Source: Octopus bimaculoides (taxonomy: Eukaryota). Taken from it: a DNA stretch of 45,592 nucleotides. Shown piece by piece: positions 1 to 12,429 of this stretch. The translations under genes and the position numbers were made by a program. The notes beneath the pieces were generated by a model. That model was given only the letters and a program-made list of their open reading frames with translations, searched no databases and was not told the origin of the DNA. The stretch lies in assembly GCF_001194135.2 (NCBI RefSeq), contig NC_068985.1:15306626-15352217 (forward strand), in the 5' to 3' direction. Within the stretch, counting starts at the first letter, position 1; every line of letters begins with the position of its first letter.

Positions 1-404
1 GTGTTTATGACTTGTGATCTTTGCTTCTTTGTGTATCCATATATATACATGTGAGAGTGCACGTGTGTGCGTGCATGAACGTGTGTGCGCGTATGAACGT
101 GTGTGCGTGTGTGTACGGGCGCACACGCGGATGCCTGTATGTAGGTAATAGCGTTCTTTTTGCTAAAACTTTAAAAATTTTGTTCGTTTTTTGTAATTGT
201 GAAATTTTTTCGCCATGAACGATTTGTGTTTTTAAACGGAATGTATTTTTTCTGATGTTATATCTGTTCCTGAATGATGTGTAAAGAAATTTTGATTGCT
301 AGCGAAGAGGTGCGTCACTACTATCTCTAGTGGTCGAGCGTCTATCACTGAGGCCATGGAAGATTGAAATCACGTGATCTGGTGGTATCGGGGCTGGAGT
401 TGGT

Positions 405-505
405 GTCTGTGGAGGGCTCAGCCACTTGCCACATTAATTTCACGAACAAACTGTTCCGTTGATTGGATCAGTTGGAACATCGTCGTCGTAACCGACGAAG
501 CACCA
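405..505 (+). mobile_element. SINE family B 3' fragment
   Basis: gtggagggctcagccacttg...ttaatttcacg...gtcgtcgtaaccgacg matches 24000-24100. Confidence 0.7.
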
Positions 506-770
506 TGTTTTTTTTGTTTTTTCTTGTTTTTGTTTTTTGTTACTAATTCGTGAATAGAGATGAATGTCACCATTTTACCCAAAATATTCCTAAATAGACT
601 CAAGAATCAATCTATGAAACCTTACTTGGAACTATATTATTGAACTCAGAACAGATTGTATATTTATTCATTGACACCATAGTATGTTTAGTTTCCTGAC
701 AATCGTACTGTGCATACTTACCTGCATACCGGGTATCCCAAACCCGACTTTGTTTCCTCATACCTTTCAA

Positions 771-1182
771 GCATGGCTGTGTGGTAAGTAGTTTGCTTTC
801 CTATCACATGGTTCGGAGTTCACTTCCACTGCATGGCACCTTGGATAAGTGACTTCTACTATAGTCTTGGGCCAACCTAAGCCTTTTGAGTGGATTTGGT
901 AGATGGAAACTGAACAAAGCCCGTCGCATATATTTATGTGTGTGTGTGTATGTGTGTGTGTGTGTATCTATGTGTCTGTTTTTCTTTCCCCCACCCCATA
1001 ATTGCTTGACAACTGGTGCTGGTGTGTTTACGTGCCCGTAACTTAGCTGTTCGACAAAAGACAAACCCATAAAATAAATACCAGGTTTAAAAATAAGTCT
1101 CGTAGTCGATTTGTTCGACTAAAAGACTTCAAGGCGGTGTTCCAGCATGGCCGCAGTCAAGTGACTGAAACAAGTAAAAGAA
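771..1182 (+). mobile_element. SINE family C (abundant; tRNA-like head, ccttgggcaagtg core, internal TA/TG microsatellite, aagtaaaaga tail)
   Basis: Colinear with more than 15 other copies in the window. Confidence 0.85.
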
Positions 1183-2461
1183 TTTAAAAAATATGGATCT
1201 ATTCCATCTCAATCACAGATTTTTTAATTAATTTCTTTTTCTTTTTTTTTTTTTACCTAAACAATTTGAAACTTCGAAAACCGGTAGAATTTCTCTGGTA
1301 GAACACTTTAAAGAATACTATAAAGATGTCTCACATCACGATTATATAAGGATTTAATGTAAAAAGAGATTAGCACATTGGTGAGCGCACACATATTTAT
1401 AGCAACACCCATCGTAATTTTTTCAAAATTTCAAGTTTCATCTTGTAGAAATAGGTGNNNNNNNNNNNNNNNNNNNNNNNNNNNNNNNNNNNNNNNNNNN
1501 NNNNNNNNNNNNNNNNNNNNNNNNNNNNNNNNNNNNNNNNNNNNNNNNNNNNNNNNNNNNNNNNNNNNNNNNNNNNNNNNNNNNNNNNNNNNNNNNNNNN
1601 NNNNNNNNNNNNNNNNNNNNNNNNNNNNNNNNNNNNNNNNNNNNNNNNNNNNNNNNNNNNNNNNNNNNNNNNNNNNNNNNNNNNNNNNNNNNNNNNNNNN
1701 NNNNNNNNNNNNNNNNNNNNNNNNNNNNNNNNNNNNNNNNNNNNNNNNNNNNNNNNNNNNNNNNNNNNNNNNNNNNNNNNNNNNNNNNNNNNNNNNNNNN
1801 NNNNCTAGAGTAGAAACAAGTATGTATGTGTGCACGCTTACCAGGATTTTTCAGTTAACGTTTACTTAAAAATGTGTATTAAACGAATATGAGAATAAAA
1901 ATTTGCACCAATGAACTGATTATAAAAAAATTTGTAAGGAAATTTTTTTTTTCCGACGGGGTGGAGAGAGAGCTTTCACAGAAAAAGAAATTCATAATTT
2001 TTTTTTTTTTTTTGTAGAAATACTGAACAATATACACTTCTCAGTAAATATCATCTCTCTCATTTTTATTTTTTTTTTCTATGTGTTGAAAAACAAACAT
2101 TTACGCTTTATACAAATATTTCTCGAAACCAATATTAACGCTACACAAAAAGGGACATAGTTATTTCCCTTATTGTAGGAGTTGTTTCCCTTGGAAACTA
2201 TCGTTATTCTCACTGATTTTTCTTATTTAATTGGTTTCAAAGTGATTTCATAGCTATATTTAACAGGTCGAACTCCCGCGTAGAAGCTCAATAAATATAC
2301 CTATATCTCTCATTAAGAAACACTGAAATATATCTCTATATAATGACCTTTGATTCCAAGGCGAAGTTGTCCTTAATATTTGCAGTTGTAATTAATTTAT
2401 TTAAAGATGTAACATGCTTAGAAAATTTTATCAATTGTAAATGGAAACGTACTGGGATCGA

Positions 2462-3110
2462 GGATCTATTTCAAAACGGGGGCACCAGTTTTCATTTATG
2501 TTTTATGTAGTGTTTTTGGTACGGAAAGACTTTCAAACTTCGTATACTTATCTATTTTGTGTTATAGAACAGAAAAAAAATTTTGTATTCGAATTTATTT
2601 CATGTAAAAATTTGTCTTATTTCGATAATTTCTACTAATCACTGACGTCTATTCAGTTGAAAACAGTTAGAGCTGTAACGGTGTATATCGTATTAATCCC
2701 CTAACCCTAACCCTAACTAGACTGTTAACCCTAACCCTAACCCTAACCCTAACTCTAGAATCCGAACTCTAAAATTGTTACACACATAGATACGCACAGC
2801 GTAATTTATTATATAAACAATATATGCGTATAAATTACGATTAAACCGGATGAAATATGTCACAGGGAATAACATTTTTATGACCGCCCAGCAGTAACTC
2901 TATTCAGTTGAATAGACGTCAGTGATTGGTTGAAATTACAGAAATACGATAACTTTCACATGGAATAACTTGCGATGTACGTTTTTTTGTTAAGAAGACT
3001 AAGAGTAAAAGATGTTTTATATGACACATTCTACCAGTGTCCCAAGTTTCAAAGTGTTTCGTTAGTGTTTCGTTAAGAAAATATTGGTGCCCCCGTTTTG
3101 AAATAGATCC
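2462..3110. mobile_element. Non-autonomous DNA transposon (MITE), Merlin/IS1016-like, with internal telomeric repeats
   Basis: Perfect 26-bp TIR GGATCTATTTCAAAACGGGGGCACCA (2462-2487 / 3085-3110); exact 8-bp TSD GGGATCGA (2454-2461, 3111-3118); longer degenerate inner IR (~2602-2675 vs ~2890-2963); CCCTAA blocks 2698-2717 and 2726-2753. GG termini with an 8-9 bp TSD are characteristic of Merlin. Confidence 0.85.
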
Positions 3111-3611
3111 GGGATCGATTCATTCCACTAAAAATTCTTCAATGCAGTGCTCCAGTATGACCACAGTCTCATGACTAAAACAAGTAAAAGATATAGATAT
3201 AGAAGACTTGTGTTAAAGTGGAAGGTGATGATGGCGATCGTAGTGATTTGCGCTGATGATAATAATAATGAAGGTGAAGTAGATGACGGTGGTAGTCGTG
3301 GAAACGGCTGTGGCAGTGATGTAGTTAGTATTGGTAGTTAGACTAATAAAAAGACTGAGTTGGAATGCCTTCTATTATAATTACTAATAGAGGCCACCGA
3401 TTTGAATCCAGTCCTTTTACTAAACCTACATATTTATCTGCTTCCAAGAGAACCACACTTACGACAGCCTCCTAAAATGGTCAAACGGTCTTAACATCAG
3501 CTAAAACCAGCTTCTAAATTATACGGTAGCACAGACAAATGATTGGAATACGAGTCTGTGATATTACTCGGCATTAGATCTTCAATTGTGAAGGCGCGTG
3601 TCATACATTCA

Positions 3612-3614
<3 letters not shown>

Positions 3615-3648
<34 letters not shown>

Positions 3649-3670
3649 NNNNNNNNNNNNNNNNNNNNNN

Positions 3671-3708
<38 letters not shown>

Positions 3709-3950
3709 GTGTGTGTGTGTGTGTGTTTGTGTGTGTGCGTGTGTGTGTGTGTGTGTTTGTCCCCCAACATCACTTGACAACCGATACTGGGGTGTTTACG
3801 TCCCCGTAACTTAGCAGTTCGGCAAAGTAGCCGATAAATTAAGTACTAGGCTTACAAAGAATAAGTCCTGGGGTCGATTTGCTCGACTAAATGCGGTGCT
3901 CCAGCATGGCCTCAGTCATGTGACTGAAACACATAAAAGAATAAAAGAAA
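3615..3950 (+). mobile_element. (GT)n microsatellite followed by SINE C 3' half
   Basis: GT run with 22-N gap, then gtttgtcccc...gcggtgctccagcatgg...ataaaagaataaaaga. Confidence 0.8.
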
Positions 3951-4063
3951 ATCAAATAAATCTGTGATGTTTCTGATGCTTACAGTATTTTCGATCATCC
4001 TGAATCTGTTTAGCAATGTTCGGTGCATGTGTACTGAACATCATGTTGGGCTCAGTGTCACAG

Positions 4064-4122
4064 CGAAAAATACCCGGACCGAAAAATGCCCGGACCAAAA
4101 AATGCCCGGACCGAAAAATGCC
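4064..4122 (+). repeat. 16-bp tandem repeat (CGAAAAATGCCCGGAC) x3.7
   Basis: Units start at 4064, 4080, 4096, 4112. Confidence 0.9.
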
Positions 4123-4209
4123 TTGTGAATGAATTCAGTAGACAGAAACTGTGAAGAATCTGTATATAAATAAGTTTATACTGCAAATTCAAATTTTTAT
4201 GTACATGTC

Positions 4210-4630
4210 AACATAGTATTCTAAGATTCCACGAAACATGTGATCTTATGGGAACTGACTGTGCATTGGGAGAAACACATGGAGGAGGCTTATGAGAGAA
4301 GCTTGCTAAATACCAGGAGCTGGTAGAGTAAGGCTGAAATCGAGGCTGGCGTTCATTGTTTTAAAGCTCTGACTGAGCTTGGAGTTACTGGTGAGGCAAA
4401 GAGGAGGGCTATAAATTCCATCATCAAAGCTGCAGAGAAGGCCACTAGGTAGTTTTGGATAAAAAGGACCAGACAAGTGGATTGCTGCTATTGGGATGCA
4501 AACTGGGACTTGAACAATACCAGCTGGATCATCCGGGCGAAATGGGGTGAGGGAGCTGATGATGAAAGACTCGAAACACATTGAGACCGCTCAATCTTCA
4601 TTGATCGAGCATCCTAGATCATGCAGAAGG
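4210..4630 (+). mobile_element. Decayed 3' end (RLE endonuclease C-terminus + 3' UTR) of a HERO/NeSL-like R2-group non-LTR retrotransposon
   Basis: From 4225 reads DSTKHVILWELTVHWEKHMEEAYER/(fs)LAKYQELVE*...KALTELGVTGEAKRRAINSIIKAAEKATR*FWIKR, matching the remembered HERO motif ELTVPWEERMEEAxERKxxKYxEL...AAExASRWLWIKR; carries a frameshift, stops and a deletion. Confidence 0.8.
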
Positions 4631-4647
4631 AGCATCTTAAAACTAAG

Positions 4648-4678
<31 letters not shown>

Positions 4679-4757
4679 CTCGCGAGCGTCCGTGCGTGCA
4701 TGCTGCGTGTGTGCTTGTGTGTGTGTGTGCGTGTGTTCGTCTGTGTGTGCGAGTATG

Positions 4758-4791
<34 letters not shown>

Positions 4792-4811
4792 TTATGTGCA
4801 TGATGTTAGAT

Positions 4812-4975
4812 CTCCGTCGTTCAACGATGAGGAACCTGTTGTTCGGTCAACTGAATAACTTGATTCTGAATTAACTGGCTGAGTATTCCACAGAGATGTA
4901 TAGCCTGAACGAAATCCGCAGACACAATCAGGATGCCACAGTGTGTGACCAAGCTGTGCTTTTTGAATTACGGGG
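4812..4975 (-). mobile_element. Old diverged SINE family B fragment
   Basis: ctccgtcg...ggtcaactgaat...tggctgagtattccacagagatgt aligns with 30990-31100. Confidence 0.55.
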
Positions 4976-6450
4976 ACAATCCCCTCGACGGGATTCTCTA
5001 CAGTTTCCGTCCACCCGATTTCATTCACAAGGTATGAGAAAAACTGAGGCTATAGAAAGTGGGGGTATACAAATTTGACCAAAATGACATGCAGTGGAAT
5101 CGAACTCGGGAACTCCTGATTACGAAGCGATGTTCTCAACCATTCGAGTACTTGTACGTATGTGCGTGTGCGTGGGCACCTGTGCATGTGTGAATGCATG
5201 CATATGGGTATGTATGTATGTATGTATTTTATGCATGTATATACACACACGCACTTACACATGCACGCGCACATGCACACATACACACACTCACTCACAT
5301 ACACACACAGAGAGAGAAAGAGAGAGAAGGAGGGGAAGAGAGATGAGGGAGGGGAGAATGAATGATAAGAGTGAAAAGTAGAAATTGTAATAGCAGTGTA
5401 TGCGAATTTTGTGGGTCAGCCTTAGGGTAGATTTGATTGAATAAACCTGGAATCAAGTAAACCTAGCACTCACTCTTTTTATTGGCTATCTAAGACTACA
5501 TCATATACTACGTTGTTTTGTTTTGTTATTTTTTTAAACGGTGTACTTGGACGTGAAAAAGATTTGGCTGCTATTTCTAACAGCTTGTGGGCTCGTTTGT
5601 AGTGGTTTTTCCAAGGGAAATAACTCTGTAAGAAATATTTTTGACTGATCTCCCTTGCAAGTTGACTTTTTTTTTTTAATTATACTTTTTGCCAAAATAA
5701 AGGATTCGTCTTTTGTTTCTTAAAAGGAAGAGAAACATCAGAAAATAAAAAGGCTAACTTGATATTTTATAATATATTTATACAAATACTAAATATAAAT
5801 GTTTAAAAAAAAATTGCTTTGGCATTCGTAGTTTTCTCTAACATAGATTTTATTTTTAATTTATTATTGTATATTTCCCTTTTGTTGATACACACTCGTG
5901 TGTATGTGTGTGTGATTGAGAGAAACTCTGCCAAATCAGATTGGAGCCTGGTGTAGCCATCCGGTTCACCAGTCCTTAGTCAAATCGTCCAACCCATGCT
6001 AGCATGGAAAGCGGACGTTAAACGATGATGATGACGATGTCCTCTAGCAGGCCTGGTCATTTCCATAAGCAGACACTTGACAGTCTGCATCTTCTCAATC
6101 TTTGATTACAATACAGATTATGAAATCAGGCCTGAAACATTAGCAACAGACTTCTCACTGCAGTAAAAATATATTGTTTTTTCCCACGTTTCATGGCACT
6201 GACTAAGTATTTTAAGCAGTTTATATGGGTGAGCTGCTGTTTCACACGCCGACACCCATTTGACACCTTGGCTATCATCGATCCCCTGTAATTCCTCGCT
6301 GACCCTTAGTGGTCCACAGGACTGCCTTTGGTGACTTCCAATTTAATAGATGGAAACTGAAAGAAGCCCATTGTTTAAATGTGTATATGTGAGGCTGTGT
6401 ATGAGTAGTATATGTTTGTGACTCCTTCTCTAGTTGTAAATGAGTCATAT

Positions 6451-6859
6451 ACTCTTTTACTTGTTTCAGTTATTTGACTGCGGCCATGCTGGAGCACCGC
6501 CTTTACTCGAGTAAATCAACCCCAGGACTTATTCTTTGTAAGCCTAGTACTTGTTCTATCGGTCTCTTTTGCCGGACTGCTAAGTTACGGGGATGTAAAC
6601 ACACCAGCATCGGTTGTCGAGTGATGATGGGAGGACAAACACAGACACACAAACATATACACACACATACATATATGTATATATATACATATATACGATG
6701 GGCTTCTTTCAGTTTCCATCTACCAAATCCACTCACAAGGCTTTGTTGTGCCCAAGGCTATAGTAGAAGACACTTGCCCAAGGTGCCACGCAGTTGGAAT
6801 GAACCCGGAACCATGTGGTTGGTAAGCAAGTTACTTACCACACAGCCACTCCTGCGCCT
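6451..6859 (-). mobile_element. Full-length SINE C
   Basis: Reverse complement of 12052-12429 / 771-1182. Confidence 0.9.
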
Positions 6860-6933
6860 ATATTGACATACAAGCATTGTCTTTCAATTCCAGTATTCTG
6901 CAAAAACGTNNNNNNNNNNNNNNNNNNNNNNNN

Positions 6934-6989
<56 letters not shown>

Positions 6990-7284
6990 ATGCATGTGTC
7001 AAGTAGGTGATCATGTATGGATAAGTCTTTTATTTTTTCCTATCTTATTTTATTACCAAATCACAATTCTGCTATTTTAAGTATGTGCTGCTTACCTAAT
7101 CAGCTTCCAACAAATAGGTTAATGAACTAATTAAATTCATTATTGTATCAGTGTATGTAAATGATGTCGATATTTTTAGGATTCATGACTTATTTTTATG
7201 TTGTTTTCAAAAGTCATTATTCTAAGAATAATCAGGTGTTGCCATCATCATCATCACCATGGCTTGTCATTGTAAAAATGAATT

Positions 7285-7410
7285 GTACCTGTATTTGAAA
7301 GGGTCAGCCATGTCTCATTCTGTGTCACACTGAATCTCCCTGAGAACTACATTAAGGGTATGCATGTCTGTGGAATACTCAGCTACTCGCATGTTAGTTT
7401 CATGGACAGA
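7285..7410 (+). mobile_element. Diverged SINE family B internal fragment
   Basis: aaagggtcagcc...gtcacactgaatctccctgagaactac...gtggaatactcagc matches 23960-24030. Confidence 0.6.
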
Positions 7411-7727
7411 CAGTAATAACCCATATATGATAATGTAGCCAGGGGAATGCTTCTGTTGCCAGACCCTACATGTTGGTTTGTTCATTGAGATCTGGGCACA
7501 CTTTGAGATCTATGCTATCCTCCAGCAATTCTGGAGGATAGCATAAGTCAATCACATTAACCCCAGTGTTCAACTGGTACTTATTTTATCAACCTCAAAT
7601 GGATGAGGGGCAAAGTCGATCCCAGCAGTGTTTGAACTCAGAAGATAAAGCTGGAAGAAATAACACTAAGCATTCTTCCCGGTGTGGTAACGATTCTGCC
7701 AGCTTGCTACCTTGATGATAACTTATA

Positions 7728-8044
7728 GGTGCAGGAGTGGCTATTTGGTAAATAGCTTGCTTACGAACCGCATGGTTCCAGGCTCAGTCCCACTGCATGG
7801 CACCTTGAGTGAGTGTCTTCTACTATAGCCTAGGGCCAACCAAAGCCTTGTGAGTGGATTTGGTAGACGGAAACTGAAAGAAGCCCGTCGTAGATTGGAG
7901 CCTGGTGTTGCCATCCGGTTTCACCAGTCCTCAGTCAAATCGTCCAACCCATGCTAGCATGGAAAGCGGACGTTAAACGATGATGATGATGATGATGATG
8001 ATATATATATGTATGTGTGTGTATATGTTTGTGTGTCTGTACTT
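7728..8044 (+). mobile_element. SINE C with an RTE 3' end (7893-8001) inserted at its microsatellite
   Basis: Head to aagcccgtcgta, then gattggagcc...aaacg(atg)n, then resumes atatatat...gtgtgtctgt. Confidence 0.85.
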
Positions 8045-8357
8045 NNNNNNNNNNNNNNNNNNNNNNNNNNNNNNNNNNNNNNNNNNNNNNNNNNNNNNNN
8101 NNNNNNNNNNNNNNNNNNNNNNNNNNNNNNNNNNNNNNNNNNNNNNNNNNNNNNNNNNNNNNNNNNNNNNNNNNNNNNNNNNNNNNNNNNNNNNNNNNNN
8201 NNNNNNNNNNNNNNNNNNNNNNNNNNNNNNNNNNNNNNNNNNNNNNNNNNNNNNNNNNNNNNNNNNNNNNNNNNNNNNNNNNNNNNNNNNNNNNNNNNNN
8301 NNNNNNNNNNNNNNNNNNNNNNNNNNNNNNNNNNNNNNNNNNNNNNNNNNNNNNNNG

Positions 8358-8392
8358 CAACGGCCACGCTCAAAATAGTGTTTTTTACGTGC

Positions 8393-8432
<40 letters not shown>

Positions 8433-8597
8433 AAAACATGATGGGTTGCTTTCAGTTTCTGTCTACCAAATCCACTCACAAGGCTTTGGTCGGCCCAAGG
8501 CTATAGTAGAAGACACTTGCTCAAGGTGCCATGTAGTGGGACTGAACCTGGAACCATGTGGTTGGTAAGCAAGTTACTTATCACACTGCCACTCCTT
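8358..8597 (-). mobile_element. SINE C 5' half, with an RTE UTR unit abutting its (TA)n
   Basis: ttctttcagtttc-type core through ccactcct; RTE unit 8358-8396 at the gap edge. Confidence 0.75.
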
Positions 8598-9578
8598 TAA
8601 GCTGGTATTTAGAAGAGAAATTAACATGAAATTTTGACAACCTTTTGCACCCAGATGACTTAAAAACAAAAATGTGTTTTATCAAAGAACCAAGTGCAGT
8701 CTCAAGTGGGTTGATATTCACAGGGTTTAATTGTTGTAATCTCAAGTAGAAAACTCAAAAAGTGAGTGTGCAGATGTGTGTGCATGATTTCTGGGGTGGT
8801 GGTGGTGGGGCGCATGCAAGTAAAGGGGAAATGGTGAACAAGTAAGACATTAGACTAATACGAATAAAGGTGGACCTAGACACACAGCAGGTTCTTAGGT
8901 AACAAGCAGTGGCCTTTGATAAAACACCTCACTACTGTCAACATCATCATCAGTGACATTGTCATTGTCATCATCATCATCAGCCGCAGTAGCAGCAGTA
9001 TTTTTACATCCATTTTTTTCATGCTAGTATGGGTTAGATGAAACTTTATAGAGGTAGATTTCAACAGCCCTGACACTCTTCCTGCCACCAGCCCTTATAT
9101 TTCGAATTTTTATATCCTTGTATTGGATATATGATACTACGAAAGTATATACATAACGCACTACTATTAATATTGCACAGGGTTCAACACTTTATATCAA
9201 AGGCTCACAGTGACTGCTACCAATATGAACTGTTAATTTCACACACTACTTTGTTTTATAACAATGAGTCAGTCCACCTTTTAGTTACTTGAGGGGTGGT
9301 CAGAATCCTCCCACAACACAAAAAAAGTACTTTTTCATTCCGTGTAGATTATCATCCAGTTTGTAATGTAATGCAATAAAGACTTCCCCTGATGATCTGG
9401 TGTAGTTGAGCATTTTGACTGCACTTGGGACATCCAATGCAGAGTTCCAAACAACCATAATTAGGAAACATATGTAGAGAACAAATTATATGAACTTGTA
9501 TTTATCATAATTTCTCATATATGTACCGTATTATAATGTGTATGTATGGTAAGCATTTCGTACATAAGCATTTCTCCC

Positions 9579-9958
9579 GTCTTTACATTCTGAGTTCAAA
9601 TTCCGCCAAGGTCGATTTTGCCTTTCATCTTTTCAGGGTCATTAAATTAAGTACCAGTTGCATACTGGGTTCAATCTAATTGACTGGTGCCCCTCTCCCA
9701 AAATTTCGGGCCTTGTGCCTAGAGTAGAAAAGAATATTTTAAGGCGCTGTGCTGGCAGAAACGTTAGCACACCGGGCAAAATGCTTAGCGGTACTTCATC
9801 TGTCTTTACATTCTGAGTTCAAATTCCGCCGAGGTCGATTTTGCCTTTCATCTTTTCAGGGTCATTAAATTAAGTACCAGTTGCATACTGGGTCGATCTA
9901 ATTGACTGGTGCCCCTCTCCCAAAATTTCGGGCCTTGTGCCTAGAGTAGAAAAGATTA
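9579..9958 (+). mobile_element. Two head-to-tail SINE D copies (223-bp offset)
   Basis: 9579-9738 and 9743-9958 nearly identical over ~155 bp. Confidence 0.85.
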
Positions 9959-10214
9959 TAGAGACGGAATGTTTAGAATGTATTTTTTTTTTTGTTGATA
10001 CAGGTGAAACATTCCCACTGGAATCTTCTAATTCTACCTGTAAGTTTGCAATTACTGAAATCACTGTGTTCTGCATATATGGCACCAACAATTGCATTTT
10101 TTCTTTTCTTGTATTTGCATTTTACCTGCTAAGGAAGAATCTGAAAAAAAAAAAAACCTTTTAATTGGTTTGGAGAGTGTCATATACAGATAATTGCATC
10201 CACAAATACCCCTT

Positions 10215-10850
10215 GCACCCTTTTCATATCTTTTATCTTTTACTTCTGTCAGTCATTAGACTCCAGCCATGCTGGAGCAGTGCCTTAAACTTTTAGTCAA
10301 ATGAATTGACCCTAGCATTTATTTTTTAAAACCCTGGTAATTATTTTATCAGTTCCTTTTGCTGAACTGCTAATGTTACTTATTTCTTTATTGCCCACAA
10401 GGGGCTAAATATACAGGGGACAAACAAGGACAGACAAAGGGATTAAGTCGATTACATCGACCCCAGTGTGTAACTGGTACTTAATTTATCAACCCCGATA
10501 GGATGAAAGGCAAAGTCGACCTTGGTGGAATTTGAACTCAGAACGCAACAGCATTTCGCCCGGCATGCTAACGTTTCTGCTAGCTCACCGCTAATGTTAC
10601 TGGGATGGAAACACACCGACACCTGTTGTCAAGTGGTGGAGGAGTGGGACAAACACAGAGACAAGGACATACACACATAAATATATATACACACACACAC
10701 ACACACAAATATATACATATATCATCATTATCATTGTTTAACGTCCATTTTCCATGCTGGCATGGGTTGGATGGTTTGACTGAGGTCTGAAAAGCCAGCA
10801 GCTGCATCAGGCTCCACACGACAGGTTTCTTTCAGTTTCCATCTTATATA
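10215..10850 (-). mobile_element. SINE C carrying a nested SINE D (10381-10589) and an RTE 3' end (~10720-10818)
   Basis: 12-bp TSD GCTAATGTTACT at 10369-10380 and 10590-10601 around SINE D; RTE tail sits in the CA/TA microsatellite. Confidence 0.85.
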
Positions 10851-10989
10851 TAAATTTCCAATAGCTGAGGATTAGCATCACACTTTGAAACTCAGAGTAC
10901 CAACAACTGTGATTCAAACTGTTTTGACCCATACATGTAACTCCCAATAAATTGGTTGAATGCCCTTCTTTCGTTTCTCCAATCACTCG

Positions 10990-11034
<45 letters not shown>

Positions 11035-11035
11035 T

Positions 11036-11300
11036 AGGGAAAAATTCAATTTAATTTATCAAAATTAAATTAAATTTCACAATATATAATATATAAATAT
11101 ATAATTCAGAGAAAAAAAAACACAATTATTCAATTCATCCATAAAAATCCACAATCACATATAGAAAAATTTAATAAGTAATTACACTAAAAACACCTAT
11201 AAAAATCAAAAAAATACAATTAAATTTTTCTGTATGTGATTGTGGATTTTCATGGATAAATTGAATAATAATGGGGTTTTTTTTCTCTAAATTATATATA
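11036..11300. mobile_element. AT-rich fold-back element within (TA)n
   Basis: Inverted arms 11108-11175 vs 11219-11288 (core aaaatccacaatcacatatagaaaaatttaat, 31/32 match); a third arm copy at ~11870-11950. Confidence 0.5.
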
Positions 11301-11755
11301 TATATATATATATATATTGTAGTCGTGACTGATGCCAGTGTTGCAAAACTGGACCATTTAAAAGCACGCTTCAATTGTTGGATGAAATGCTGTGCTTACG
11401 AAGACCTGTTGAACTGAGTGAAACCATAGTCATGGCTGATGCCAGCACTGCCTGACTGGCGCATAAAAAGCACACACTACACTCTCAGAGCGGTTGGCGT
11501 TAAGAAGGGCATTCAGCTGCAGAAATCTTGCCAAATTAGATTGGAGGCTGCACCAGCCTCCTGGCTTGCTAGTTCTTAGTCAAACAGTCCAACCCATGCC
11601 AGCATGGAAAGTAGACATTAAACGATGACAATGATAATATACAGTTCTATTGTATGCACACTCACACACACGTGTATGTGTGTGTGCATGTCTATCACTT
11701 ATATATATATATATATAAGTGTTATATTATATTATATAATATTATATTTATTATA

Positions 11756-11862
11756 TTTATCTTATGATATTTACTTTACTTTATATTATACTCATTTATT
11801 GTATCTTTTTACTATATTTATCTTATGATATTTACTTTACTTTATATTATACTCATTTATTG
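11756..11862 (+). repeat. Tandem duplication of an AT-rich ~47-mer (period 61)
   Basis: tttatcttatgatatttactttactttatattatactcatttattgt occurs twice. Confidence 0.9.
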
Positions 11863-12051
11863 TGCTTTTAATTATTAATTTTTCTATATGTGATAGTGGA
11901 TTTTCATCGATGAGTTCTTGAAAATTGGTTATTTTCCCTAAAACTATATATTTTATATATATATATATATGTATATATATGAAAGACAAGGAATAATTCT
12001 GTATTGCTTTATGATGTTACATCATTTTATATGACTTTTATCTGTATATGT

Positions 12052-12429
12052 AGGCGCAGGAGTGGCTGTGTGGTAAGTAGCTTGTTTACCAACCACATAG
12101 TTCTGGGTTCAGTCCCAGTGTGGCAAGTGTCTTCTACTATAGCCTCAGGCCAATCAAAGTCTTGTGAATGGATTTGGTAGAAGGAAATTGAAATAAGCTT
12201 ATCATGTGTGTGTGTGTGGTGTCTATGTTTGTGTTTGTCCCCCCCACCATAGCTTGACAACCGACGTTGGTATGTTTACGTCCCCGTAACTTAGAGGTTC
12301 GGCAAAAGAGGCCGATAGAATAAGCACTAGGCTTACAAAGAATAAGTCCTGGGGTCGATTTGCTCGACTAAAGGCGGTGCTCCAGCATGGCCACAGTCAA
12401 ATGACTGAAACAAGTAAAAGACTAAAAGA
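12052..12429 (+). mobile_element. Full-length SINE C
   Basis: aggcgcaggagtggctgtgtggtaag...aagtaaaagactaaaaga. Confidence 0.9.

Noticed and set aside
714-724. U1 snRNA 5' end (ATACTTACCTG)
   Set aside because: Match ends after 11 nt; it is just a consensus 5' splice site on the minus strand, with no supportable exon.
4552-4610. Hammerhead ribozyme (CTGATGA...GAAA) in the HERO 3' UTR
   Set aside because: Stem II lacks the closing G-C pair and stem III/UH cannot be formed.
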